Shown one piece after another: positions 21,770 to 34,400 of a DNA stretch of 64,000 nucleotides; within the stretch, counting starts at the first letter, position 1; every line of letters starts with the position of its first letter. The notes under the pieces are model-generated. The model did no database searches. It saw nothing but the letters and a program-made list of their open reading frames with translations, and had not been told where the DNA came from. Both the position numbers and the translations under genes were made by a program. Source of the DNA: Thraustochytrium aureum (Eukaryota); contig BLSG01000298.1 of NCBI GenBank assembly GCA_012862495.1, positions 1-64,000 on the forward strand. Direction: 5' to 3'.

Positions 21770-24231
21770 ATGCAGCCGTCCATCGCGTCTTTCTTCGCGC
21801 CCAAGCGCAGCCGAGCGGAGGGCGGCGAGCTGGAGGAGGCTGCAGAGGAGGTCGATGGACCCCGCAAGTCGGACGCTGGCGAGGAGGGCGCCCGCAAGAA
21901 AGCCCGGGATGGGCGCGCTGGACGGGCCTGGGATGGACGCGCCGGAGGGGCACGTGGCGACGACGTGCCTGGGGGCGAGCTGGAGCCGCAGACCAAGTGG
22001 GGGGCGCTCGTGGACAGCGCGTTCCTGCGCGAGTGGCAGGCTTGCTCGAGGCCGCAGCGCGCCGTGACGCTCGCGCTCCGATACTCGCGGTTCCGCAAAA
22101 GGCGTATCTACGCCCCATCGTTCTCCCGCGCCGGCTCGAGCGCCTTTGACGCCGCGTTTCGCCCGCCGGGGTCTGGCGTTTTCGACTTTGACCAGCTTCG
22201 CCCAAACAGGTTCGCAGAGAATGGCTCCCGTGGCGGCCACCACCTGCCCCTCACCGAGGCGAGTCGCGCGAACCTCTGGGCAGTGCTCAACTTGTACATT
22301 CGTTTTCAAAACGCCACGCTCGGACAGCTTCACAGCCTGGACGACGCCTATTCGACTGCCAGCGCAGTCCTAGCCCTCGGTCGGGACTCGGTCGCCTTTC
22401 AAGTCGTTGCGGCAGTCTTGTACGCGGGGTCATGGTGGCTTCGTGAGCATACCCTCCGCGAGCGCTGGGGCGTGGCCACTCTTGATGAGCAGGTTGTCGG
22501 GCGCTTGCGCGCTCTCGGCCTGCTCGACGACTCGCCCAGCACGCTCGAGGACGCGATCGAGCGGCTCGACACCTTGCCGCGCGAGACGCTGGCGCGCCTC
22601 CCCTGCCTTGCAGTCAAACGATCGATGGACAAGCGCGCCATACTCGCCAAGGCGTACAGCTTTGGGCTCCAGTTTGCGCTGAATGCCTGGGATGCCGCGC
22701 AGGAACGCGCAGTTCGCGCATCCTCAGAGCTGTTCGAGGCGTGCTGGGAGTGCCACGCCTGGCTTTTCGGCCTGGCGAGATACGGGCCGGAGGAGACTCG
22801 CAACATTCTCACTCGGACGCGGCTCGAGTCAGCAGAGTTCGCTGGAGCGGCTAGGAGCAATCCGGGGCGGGCGCATGAACCGCAAGTGCGCAACCTGCAA
22901 GGCGCGCAGGAATCTGCGGGGGACGAGGCTCGCACCGTGGAAAAGCTAGAGCTTCTCGAGCACCGAACGCGGTTTCTCGAGACCATCCGACGCTGCAGCG
23001 ACTTGGACATGTTCATTTCGCACGGTGACCGGGACAATGCCTTCTTGGCACTGCACAAGGCCTCGACACGCCTCATGCAGTTGGACACCGTCTCGCATGC
23101 GGTTCCGCTGGCCGAGATGGCACTGCTCATTCGCACGTGCCTTTTGGGCTGCAACCTCCTGCAGCGCGAGCGGCGGTACGAAGACTCGGTCCACTACCTG
23201 AGAGTTGTTCAGCAGGTTCTGCAGTCCAAGCCCGACCTTGCCTTCGAGCACTGCGAAGTCGTGCTCAGAATCGTGGCCGACCTGGAGCACCTCAAGCGGC
23301 GCGACAAGGCCCTTGAGGACATCGAGAGCACCCTCCAAGAAACAGGGCGGCCGTTCTTGAAGCGAGCCTGTCCCCTGCCAGTGTGACGGCCAACCGGCTG
23401 GGTGAGATGGGCCTGGGGCTGGTACGCGCCTGCCTTCGCCTCAGCGTCCCGCCGAGACGCTGGCGCGTCGCCGTGCAAGGGATACAAGAGGTCAGCGAGC
23501 CGCCGGCCAGAACCATTTGCGTTGCCAAAGTTCCTGTCGTGGGCCCACCCGGCCAAGCACAGCCCTTCACGGAGCAGTTTCAATGGCCGGGCGGCGTCTC
23601 GGTCGAGCAGGTCGTGCTGGACTACTACGCAGATGCAGCTCACGGGGCTTGGTCGGGATTTCACTGTGAGAACGGGTTTGCGCAGACCCTGTTTGTTCTT
23701 GTTATGTGGGACGTTGTTTTCGACGCAGAGCGCGAGCGAGGGCCGCCCCATTGCCAAGATTTCGACAACCCGTTCTGCGAGCTCCCTGCGGACGTTCGAA
23801 GTGGCGCCTGGCTTTTGGTCCCGGGAACACGCTCCAGAGTACAGGAACGCCTGGATCGCATTGCAGGCTCGAGCGCCTCGCTTCAGCAGATCTTGAGCGA
23901 GACATGGTCGTCGCATAGAGGAGTGCACGCGCGAGGCGTGAACTGGGATCGCTGCACTCTAGCGGAGACGACCCGAATCGCAACTTGGATGGGCGGGAAG
24001 GTCGTCGCTATGATTTGCGCATTGCTGTCTGAGCACTATGACGCCTGGAGTGGCGGGTTGCCCGACTTGATGCTGTGGAGGGACGGGGTTTGCCCGGCGG
24101 TTCGCTTCGTCGAGGTCAAAGGACCAGGTGACTCGCTGTCTAACAGGCAGCGCGCGTGGCTCGACAAACTTGCAGCCTGCGGGGCGAGCGTCGAGGTTTG
24201 CCACGTCTCCGACGGGCCAAGCGCAAAGTGA
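21770..24231 (+). CDS. FAN1: Fanconi-associated nuclease 1 (VRR-NUC), frameshift near 23365
   Basis: C-terminal SGGLPDLMLW...FVEVKGPGDSLSNRQRAWL (PD-(D/E)xK VRR-NUC), GFHCENG and SVEQVVLDYY motifs, a TPR-like middle region and an N-terminal PIP box. Confidence 0.9.
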
Positions 24232-24554
24232 CCTGCTGCACGTCTTTGATGGACTTTGAACTACGCGACGCGACGAGGAACGGCAGCTGAGCTTCGAGAC
24301 GAGAGTCTGGAGGCGGGGGGCAATGGCAAAGCGGGAAGGCACGGCCTTCGACAGGAGGACGATGTGGCCCCCTCAAAAACTTTCGGCAACGCCGCGCGGG
24401 GTACCACCACCACTGAGGCTGCGTGCTGTTATTGTTCAGGTTTTTTTTAGATGTGCTTTTCTCGCTCTCTCTCGAGGCAGCTCGCGCGTTTCTCGGCTGG
24501 CCTTGACAAGCTCACGCTTTGTCGCTCTCGGCTTGCTTGAGCTCTGCGACAAGC

Positions 24555-27500
24555 TCACGCTTTGCCGCTCTCGGCTTGCTTGAGCTCTGCTTCATGTTTT
24601 TTGGGGCTCTCGATGAGCTTGAGCACTTCCGGGACGTGCTGGAAGACGTCGAGGGGAAGCATTAGCAGGAGCGAGTTGACCTTGTTAAGGTCCTTGTTCA
24701 TCCTGTTGAAACTCCCCATCGACAACAGCTGCCCGAGCACGATGAGCGCAATCAGGATAACGCAAGTCGATCCCTTGTCCCTTACAATCCCCCCCACGCC
24801 AGCTGAAAACGTTTCAATGTAGTTCTCCATGCTCTTCTCAAGCTGGCGGGTGAGAATGAGCGACGGCTCCAGCTCGACAATACCGGACTTGGCCGCCTCC
24901 AGCGCCTTGAGTGTCTCCGCGGTCCCCAGCTCCGTGAAAGCCAAGCTCGCGGTGTGGACCTCCGCGAGCTTGGTCATGTGCTGCTCGAGCGCGAGCCAGA
25001 GCCCATGGCGGAGGGCTTGTGTCCCAGCCGTTGCGTTTGGTGGCGCAACTCTCAGGAAGGCTTCGCAGTCGGCGGCGCACGCGTTCTCAAAGTACAGGTC
25101 GTATTGAGTCCCAGATGTCTTCGTAAACGGCGGGATGTTCAAGGTCACGTTGCCAAACTTTAGTGCGTCGTCAGCGTCTCGCAAGCTTTGCAGCGAAGAT
25201 CCAAGCTCGCTCGAAGAGGAGGCAAGGTCTTCGCGCCGCTCCCACTCTGCACGCTCGATGGGCAACATAGCCCAGAAGAGTGACGCGTCTGCGAAAACGA
25301 GCCGCGTGCCGGCTGCCGAAGAGGTGGCGGTCATGTGCAGCACATACTCTTGGTAGCCCTCGTCGAGCCATGTGGTAACGATGAAAAAACCAAGGCAGAA
25401 CCAGAATGTAATTCCGGCCTGCGCGACTTGGCGACCAAGCCGCCAAAAATGTGGTACTGAGGCTCTCCTTCACGATTCGTCGACGGCGCCCGCCGCTTCG
25501 CTCCGGCACAACGCGGGAGGACGACTTGCCCAACTTGCCCATTGTCGAAACGCCTGGGCTCGAAGAAAACGATACCAGGGTCTTGCGGCTCGCGGCCGCG
25601 TCCGCAGCGGTGTTGGACTGCACAAGCGCCAAGAGCCGGTCGTCTTTTGACATGCCATTTTCGGCCTCAAAGACGAGCGCGTCCTCGTCCTCGTCCTCCT
25701 CTGCGAGCCCGGTCCCCGCTGGGAGGCTAAGCATCGAAAGCCTGCGCTCGGTCTTGCGCTGGAGGTGTCGGCACGCTCGCTCGGGAATCGCGATGAAGGC
25801 CTCTCCGACATGCTTCTTGCGGCGCTCATTCCCAACAAACACTGGCACATAGCCATAGACAAAGGAGACTGCGAGCATGAAAGTTACCAAGCTCAGCGCG
25901 ACTCGGTCGAAAACCTGCAAGCCCTCCATCATGCCATGAGCAGAGTCCTCGTAAAATCTCGCGATCGTGCGCGCGTGAGCCCGGATTTCATACACGACGT
26001 TGTTGATGACGAACCGACAGCTTTCGTCGCACGAGTGCTCTGCGGCGTCGAGGACCCGCTCGGACTGGCTCACAAACTCTAGCACCGCCAGGTTGAAGCT
26101 TGTTTTGCGGAAGCGCACGCCGTCGGTGGTGACCGACAGCACCGGTTTGTGCAGCAAGGCCGCTACGCCATCGGTTGCGTGGTCTGTCATCTCGCCATCT
26201 GCCGCTAAGTCTGCGTACATTTCCCGCACGCGCTGCAGAGATTGCTCAAACGTCGCTTCCATAGTTGCCTCGTCGTGAGGCAAGCGCCATGGAGCTGCCC
26301 CATGCAGGGTCGAGGGCGGGTCCCAATAGGAGCGCAAGAGCACCAGGGTGGCAATGCTGATTTCGTGCACGATGAGATTGACGAGCTGGACGCGCTTCGA
26401 CCCTCCTTCAACGCTGTGAAACATTGCCGCCGCGATCCACGTCTCGATGATCGTGAGCAGCGTGAAGAGCACGATGAAGCGCTTCGCAAACTTTGTAAAT
26501 CGTTCCAGGCGCGGGTCCCGACGTTCCAGGTTCTTGTTGATCTTGGCATGAATGCTGGCGATTCGGAGCGCCGAGTCCTCATCGCCCATAACAGAGGCGG
26601 AAGCGTGCGAGCCCGAGTCGCCTATCGTTCCGGGGCGACGGCGCGACCGATTTGACGCTACGGAGCCCGGCCCCTGAGCGCCTCGTTTTGAGCTTGCTGC
26701 CGAGCTCTGTCGACCACGAAAGGGAATCCGACCTGAAGGGCTGGAAGATTTCATCGCCCCACTGGCCGCGCTCGCCATGGTGAACGTTCGATTTTTGCGA
26801 AAGCTGGTAGTGAGTGCCCCTGCACCGGGCGAAAGCTGAACGACTTCGCTCGAGTCCTTGAACTCGCTTCGGGTCCGTGCGAAACCCGCTTGAGCTGGAG
26901 TGTAGCGCTCCCCGAGGGACTCCGCGTCGCTGCCACGTGACGGTGCAAACTTTGGCGCAGAGTGCTCGCTCAGCTTGCGCGGCGAGCCGCATCCGTCGCC
27001 CTCTCCGTCGAAGGAGTGGTGCTCTGCAGAGCCGAAACTCGCGTTGTCGTCTTCTTCCTCGTCGCGCTCGGCCATGACCGAGCTCGCTGGGCTGATATCG
27101 TTGAGATTGTCGAGGCGTGGCGAGAAGAACTCCCCCGCGTCCTCTGACAGCGTCAGGAACAGCACAACCACGCTAAAGTCAAAGCTAACTTCGGACCCCG
27201 GCTTGGACTTGTACTCAAAGTTGCGCGACTCGCAAGTAAAAGCTGCCCCATTGGTCTTGCACTGCACCGCCCCCCCGCCCTGGCTGCCTTCGTTTGGAGG
27301 GAATACGATGCCTTCCTTGTCGACGATCTGGCAGTCGAAGAGGTCGGTGATGCGCATGTTGAGAGCGAAAACGTCGTGCTCGTCGATGTCAAGCACCTCG
27401 GCAGCGTTTTCGCTGGTGGCCGTGACGAACCCCGTCTTCGACTCGATCAGGAGCATGTGCGAAATGCTGAGCCCCTTTTGCGAGCGCACCTCGCGAAAGC

Positions 27501-29471
27501 GAGCCGCAAGTACCAAGTCGCTGTCGGCGTTGATGCTTGGCGTGATTTCCAGGTCGAGGCGAATGATGTATCCCCTTGCATGGAGTCCGAAAACGCGGCG
27601 CTTGACCGTCTCAAAGTCCGAGTCTGTGGAGACAAACTGGCGCAAAAACATGTCGTGGACTCGATCGAACGGAGGTGGGCAAAGCATGCTGACGTTGCGC
27701 CCGAGCAGATCCGCCTTCTGGTACCCCGAAGAGGGAGAGCATGCCTTCGCTAACCTTGAGGACCTCGCCTAGGTTGCTTCGGTCTCCAGAGATCATGCAT
27801 ACGGCGTTCCGGGAGGCGCCTTCCTCGCCAGATGCGGACGAGCTCATTTTGGACAGGATTCGCTGAGCGCCGCGCCTGTCGTTCATGACGTACTGGGCAT
27901 ACATGGCGTGGAGCTGAATCACCTCGCGGTTGCTCCGCGCCGCCTTGTGCAGTTTCGCAAGGTGTTGCTTGCAGCTCGCCACGTGCTCGTGCACGATCGC
28001 GCCGTGGCGCATGAGCTCGGAAAGCGAAAATCCTCCATGCGCAAGCATCCTCCAAAATGACGCCGTCTCCTTGAGCGTCCTGGCCATGGCCGAGCGCGCG
28101 TCTGCCATGCGCTGGTCCATTTCAAGGAACGAGATTTCCCCGTTCGACTCGTTGCCTTGGGCCTCATTCGCTTTGTGCTGGTTGAACAGGTGGAACTCGA
28201 GGTCAAGAGGGAGCGGAGACTGGCGGGCGCGGCGAATGAGGTTGAGCGAAAAGATGATGCGGTTCGAGCAAGCCGTGACGAGCGACGCCAAATAGAGGTT
28301 GAGAAACGGCGAGGTGGCGAAGCTCTCTACCGCCGACCTGTACGCCTCCTCGGCCTCCCCTGTGAACTCGAAAGGCTTGTTGTGGCGCACAACACTTTGG
28401 TACTTGAGGCGCAAGTGGACCTCAACGAGGTACGGGCTGAGGAGCTGAAGGTTCTCCGTGTCTCGCAGCGCCGCGATTCGCGCGTGGCAAGCAGCAGAGG
28501 CGGTGCCGACAACAAACGGGGTCGCTCCAGCCAGAAGCATCACGCCACTCAGATCGTGCCGCTCGGCTGCCAGTACGCCGGTCAGCATGGAGACGCCTGC
28601 CAGGGCCAGAATGGCGTACAAGTTGCCGATGAAGCGGTTCCAGCGCCAGTTAAAGTATGGCAGATAGAAAATGTAACGCCGTGGAGAGGAGCAGTCCCGA
28701 CGCCAGGATGGCCGCAACAAGCACATAGTGAAGAAGCGTTGGCCCTCCTGTCCCGTCAAGGTCTACAACGCCTGCGAAGAGCACAACGAGGGCAGAGCGA
28801 GTCAGGACCGCGAAGCTCTCGACGCGCCCGTGCGCCGCGCTGATTAGCGATCTGTCCATGCCGCCTGGGCCGTACGGCAAGTTGTGAAACACGAGGAGAG
28901 AGAATAGCGCCGTGTGGGCAACCAGGACGCCGAGCGCCACGCCGGCGGTGACGGAAAGTGCAAGGTGTGTCGTCGACCCGTTCAAGAGTAGACCGGATTC
29001 AGTGCCCTTGATTACGCGAATAAAGCAGCTCGCAGCCGGCTGCAACAAAACCGTGGCCAAAACGCGCGACGCGAACTCGATCCAAGAAGCTAGCTTGGAA
29101 AACTTGGTTGTTGACCCGAGCTCGTCCCATACGAGGCACATCATCCCTCCAGCCACGAGCGCAACCATCGATAGACACACCGCGAAAAACACAAGGAAGC
29201 GCAGCTCGTCGCTGAATTCCCAAAACCCAGGCGAAAGCACGCCAAGGGCGCCTTGAGCACCCAACAGCACAGACTCTGGCCAAAACGCGCTCATTGGCGC
29301 TGAGACGGGCAGGTACATCAGTTGCAGCCATGCGATTGTGTTCGCGCACAGAAAGAAGCGCGCGCGCTCGCCGATGTTGTTCTTCAGCCGAAAGTACGCT
29401 CCAAACATGCCTTTCTTCGCTTGTGCGGACAGGCTCTCCAGCGCCTTGTCCGGTTTGCCGGTGTGATCCAT
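24555..29471 (-). CDS. TmcB/FixL-like PAS-domain multi-pass membrane protein (3 homopolymer frameshifts)
   Basis: N-terminal multi-TM region, TPR-like helical region (ASFWRML, HAMYAQYVMND), PAS GEVLKVSEGMLSLFGYQKADLLGRNVSMLCPPPFDRVHDMFLRQF, and two C-terminal TM-helical bundle-TM modules. Frames rejoin at about 28670, 27725 and 25447. Confidence 0.8.
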
Positions 29472-31436
29472 CTTTGTCGAGCCTGCTTAGCCTAGGCGAG
29501 CCGTGCCTCCCGCGGCAACAGCGGCCGCAGGGCCCCGGCTCGCTGCCGGCGCTCCGCCCAGTGACGCGGCAGCCCCTGCGCCCTCGTCCTACGCCTCCAG
29601 TGCGTCGGTAAGCACGCAGAGACCTATGTATGACCTCGTGAGCTTGCGCTTTGCTTCGGTTGATGCAGGTGCTGCTGCACGGGCGGAACACCACTGGCAG
29701 GCACTTCAGAGCTCCTGTGCCAACGAACCTGTTGGGAGGTCTCACTGACCGCGTGAGTGGGCAGACCGCAACAGCTACAGAGTCAACGTGCAACTTTTTG
29801 CGAAAGCGAGCTGCTGACACGCCAGGCCGTCCGTCCGTCAGTCCTGCCGCAACCGATTCAACAGCAATCTGTCGTCAAATTCGGGGAGCTCAGCACAGTG
29901 GAGAAGAAATAATGTGGCTGGCCGCTCGCCAGCCCTCCAACTTGGCTTCGTCAGCCCCGGCGGCGGCGCAATGCTCACTCCTTGCGCAGGCAGAAATGAT
30001 CAAGCACTTGCCGCTGTTTTCTGAAGGCGACAAGCTCCGGCAGCAGCGCCAAGAATATGTCCGGTAGATTCGTTTCGCGGCGGGGGAAAAGCGAGGCGAT
30101 CAGCCCACTTGAAGTGCTGATGATGGGCCGCCGCTGCGCGGGAGCCGCCGCCGGACGGCGATCGCGGGCTGGGCTGCAAATGCGTCGGGGCGGCTCGGCT
30201 TGGCGGCGATTGGGCGCTTGCTCTACTAGTTGAGAGAACGAGGAGGCCATTGCAAACTGCCGTTCCGCTTTTTCCACTCTAAAAACAAATTGCCGTTTCA
30301 AGTGCGGCAGTGTCGAGCCGTCGTCATCAGCAGGACGCGGCGGGCCCGAGCGAGCAAGGTGGGCATGCAGAAACAGGGTCGTCGCTGTGTTAGGCGTGTG
30401 CTGTTCTCTTGCAACGAGGTCGGGATACCAAGTCGGACGAACGCCGGTGGAGAGCCTACAAACCGTCGCCAGGTGCGATGGCTGGTCGGCCAACACTGAG
30501 GCAACAAATAGCTGTGCTGCTTGAGGATGCCTCGATCCCCGACGAGAGCCCGCCCTGACGGCCCGCCTTTGGGAGGGCCAGCGAGCGGAAGGACGAAAGA
30601 GCACTTTACACAGTCCCGCACAGCCTCGCAGGGCGCTTCCCACTCGCTCAACCGCCTCTTGATCAAGATTGATCAGTCCTTCGCCCAGTCCACTAGTAGG
30701 CCCCGATTCGTTCGATGGCCCTTTCACCAAAAACAAATTCGAGCAAAACCGCGTGGGGGAGCGAGCAGAAAGCCGTTGAAAATGCCCACCAAACCGCCGT
30801 GATCCCCGCGGGGGANNNNNNNNNNNNNNNNNNNNNNNNNNNNNNNNNNNNNNNNNNNNNNNNNNNNNNNNNNNNNNNNNNNNNNNNNNNNNNNNNNNNN
30901 NNNNNNNNNNNNNNNNNNNNNNNNNNNNNNNNNNNNNNNNNNNNNNNNNNNNNNNNNNNNNNNNNNNNNNNNNNNNNNNNNNNNNNNNNNNNNNNNNNNN
31001 NNNNNNNNNNNNNNNNNNNNNNNNNNNNNNNNNNNNNNNNNNNNNNNNNNNNNNNNNNNNNNNNNNNNNNNNNNNNNNNNNNNNNNNNNNNNNNNNNNNN
31101 NNNNNNNNNNNNNNNNNNNNNNNNNNNNNNNNNNNNNNNNNNNNNNNNNNNNNNCCCTGGCGCTGCGCGCGGTGCTGGCACGGGCGGGGATCCAGGCATG
31201 CCTTGCCAACAGCAGTTGGCAACTCGGTCGCAGTTTGAAATTAGCGCGAGGAAGCGCCTCGGCAGACCCCGTTCGGGCAGCGCTGCGCCGCGTGCGAACA
31301 GGCGAGCAGCGCAGGTTGCGGCGGGCGGCAGGCGGGCAGGCGGGCAGGCGGGCAGACGGACCATCGGGGCCTACTGCTGGTGGTTTTGGCGGTTTTCGGC
31401 CCCTCGGATCTGCGATTTGGACAACGTTTGACGCCG

Positions 31437-34400
31437 ATGGCGCCCGCCGAGCTCCAAGAGCTCGTGAAGGCGCTCGCGAGCAATCAAGGCGACGGCGACA
31501 GGGCCGTTGAGACGGCCCTGCTTATACCGCAGCTAGTGTGAGTGCGTGGGGCCTGGATTTGCTGCGGAGGTTGGCACACGCGCAGGCGCTGACTTGCACG
31601 CCGCGGCGCGCTGGACGTTGCAGAGCGCGTGCTGGAACGAGCAAGAAGGTAAAGGGCATCGCCGCAGCCGGCAATGCGCTCCTTGCGCTGGCCAAGCAGG
31701 CCACAGAGCAGGTCAGCCAGGCTGCGGCGAAAGGCGGGCCGGAGAAGGACGCGCTCGCCGCGAGCAGGGCGCTGGCGGCTGCGTTCGGCGCGCTTTGGGC
31801 GCTCAAGCCGCAACTTTCGTTCAAGTCGCAACTCCCGATCGAGCAGCTCGCCAAGCGAGGGGCGCAGGCTCTTATTGCGGCCAAGCAGTTCGCGGGCGGC
31901 CTTGCTCTGTTGGACGGGGTTTTGGGCGAACTCTTGCCTGCCGATGCTCGCAAAGGCACAAAGGACAAGCCTTCCGACACGCGCGCTTCCTGCCCTGATC
32001 GAGAGAGAGGCGCGAAAGGGTATCTGCTTGACGACGCTCTCGACGACGCTCTCGCAGTTGATATTGTTGTGTTTTGCGCCTACAACAAGGCTCGCTGCCT
32101 CGTCGAACTGGGGAGATTCAGCGACGCGATGAACGTCTCTCGCGAGCTTCTTGGTCCGTGGCTCTCGGTGCTGGCGGCGAAAGACGCGCCTCGTGCTGCA
32201 GTCTACGCAAAAAGTGCGGTCGCTCTTCTGTTTGTCCACGGACCAGCACAGCTGGAAGGGCGCGGCAAACCCGACCAAGCGTTCGAAATGCGAACTTGGG
32301 CCCTGTTAGCCGCAGGGCCTTTGGGAGGGTTCTCCAAGTCTTCTACGGCCGAGGACAAGGAGAATGGCGCGCAAGCAGCGGTGCCCCCAATCGAGTTGGC
32401 GCTTAGCAAGAGCTTGGCTGCTGCAAACGAGCTTCTGAACGCGCCTGATGAGTGCGGGCGGAACTGCGAGTCAGCAGCCGCCAAAGCCCCCCGCCAGCAC
32501 GCCGTTGTGGAGTGCTACCAGAGTCTCCTAACTCTCGCGAAAGGCTGCAAGCAGCAGCCCCGAGCTGAGGCAGTCTTGGGAGTGCTCGACCACCTGAGCG
32601 CTGTGCTTAGCGACCTGGGCAGGTTTGGTGATGGGATCGACCAGCTCCTGAACTCGCCAGCAGCGCAATCAGCATCAGAAGACCGCGCCGCGCGAACAGC
32701 GCTTGAAATTAGCGCCGTAGGCATTGCTCTCAAGTGGTCCACGACCAAGTCGCTCGCGGAAGAGTCGAATGTGGTCGTCGGAGACAGCGCCGTGCTTGAG
32801 GCGCTCGAGCGCGGTCTAGGCGGTGGCAAAACTGCACTGGACGTCCTGCGCGCCGCGGAGCAGTCCTCAGACGGCGAACAGCGAATTGCGGGCCCGCTGG
32901 AACGCCGCGCTACCCGGTCACTGGAACGAATCTGCTCTTTCCTCGCCCCGCACCTGGCCAAGGGGCGCGTACAGGATGCAGAGTTTGCGACAAGGTGTCT
33001 TTCGACTGCTGGTCGAGCGTTGGCGAGTCGGAGCGCGCCGAACGTGCCGAGTCCGGTCGCTGCAACGGCACTGCGCGTAGCCGGTCTCACAATTGCCAAC
33101 GTTCCCATCGAAGCTGGAGCAAGCGCGACGAGTGCATGTCGCGCCGCGGCGGAGGCGGCTGAGCTGATGCGCCTTGCCGTTGCTGTGAGTGAGGGGAGCG
33201 ACCGGCTGGTCGAAGCGGCCTCCGCCGCAAGCTACAACGCTGGTGCGCGCTTTTTCAACAAAGGCCGCCTGGGAGAGGCCGTAGCGCTTTTGCAGGTCGC
33301 TGCAGCGAGCGCAAGGGGCGGCCCGCGCGCCGCTGAGCGGGCTAGGGTGCTTGGGATCTGTCTGCGCAAACTCGGCCGCCTCGACGACGCCGTCACGGCG
33401 CTCGTGNNNNNNNNNNNNNNNNNNNNNNNNNNNNNNNNNNNNNNNNNNNNNNNNNNNNNNNNNNNNNNNNNNNNNNNNNNNNNNNNNNNNNNNNNNNNNN
33501 NNNNNNNNNNNNNNNNNNNNNNNNNNNNNNNNNNNNNNNNNNNNNNNNNNNNNNNNNNNNNNNNNNNNNNNNNNNNNNNNNNNNNNNNNNNNNNNNNNNN
33601 NNNNNNNNNNNNNNNNNNNNNNNNNNNNNNNNNNNNNNNNNNNNNNNNNNNNNNNNNNNNNNNNNNNNNNNNNNNNNNNNNNNNNNNNNNNNNNNNNNNN
33701 NNNNNNNNNNNNNNNNNNNNNNNNTACAGCTATCAATATGGAGCGGCTGCGTTCAGCGCGTCGCGCGCTTGTGACGCTCCAAGACGAGATGGACGCGCTC
33801 GGGCTATCTGACAACGCGAGGAGCGCCCTGGACATGCGCTTGTTGCGTCTCGAGATTGACTGCTACGTTCGCCTCGCCTGCAAAAACGCAGACGCGCGCG
33901 AGCTGTTGCGCAATCTGCAGGACAGCGCGCTTGCTCGCGCGACCGAGCTTGCAGAAGCCTCGCCTGAGCATCGAGAGGCGCAGGCGGTCGTCGACATCGA
34001 GACAAGTCGAGCGCTCTGGTTTCGCTACTTTCATGAAGCGCATTGCCCACGGTGTTGTCAAGTGGGTCTCGCCGAGGACAGCGATGAAGACGAGGACGAG
34101 CCGAAAGCGGCTGCCACGCTCCGCCGCGCGCTCGCACGCGTAGAAAAGGCTGTCGCCGTTCTCGAGCGTAGTGCGGAGCCGCACTGCAGGCTTGCGACCC
34201 GGTCAGAGTTCGACCTCGCTAGCCCGGTCGCTCGACTCGCACTCGGGAGATTCTGGCTCGGGGCCGTCTGGACCGCCACGTTGCGGGATGGCGAGTGCGC
34301 ATTGCTCGACCAGGCCGAGGAGAGCCTCGAGCCTGCAATCAACGTCCTAGCCCTGGCGCTTGACGACTGGGAGTTGTGCGTGCGCGACCACTCGCAGCAG

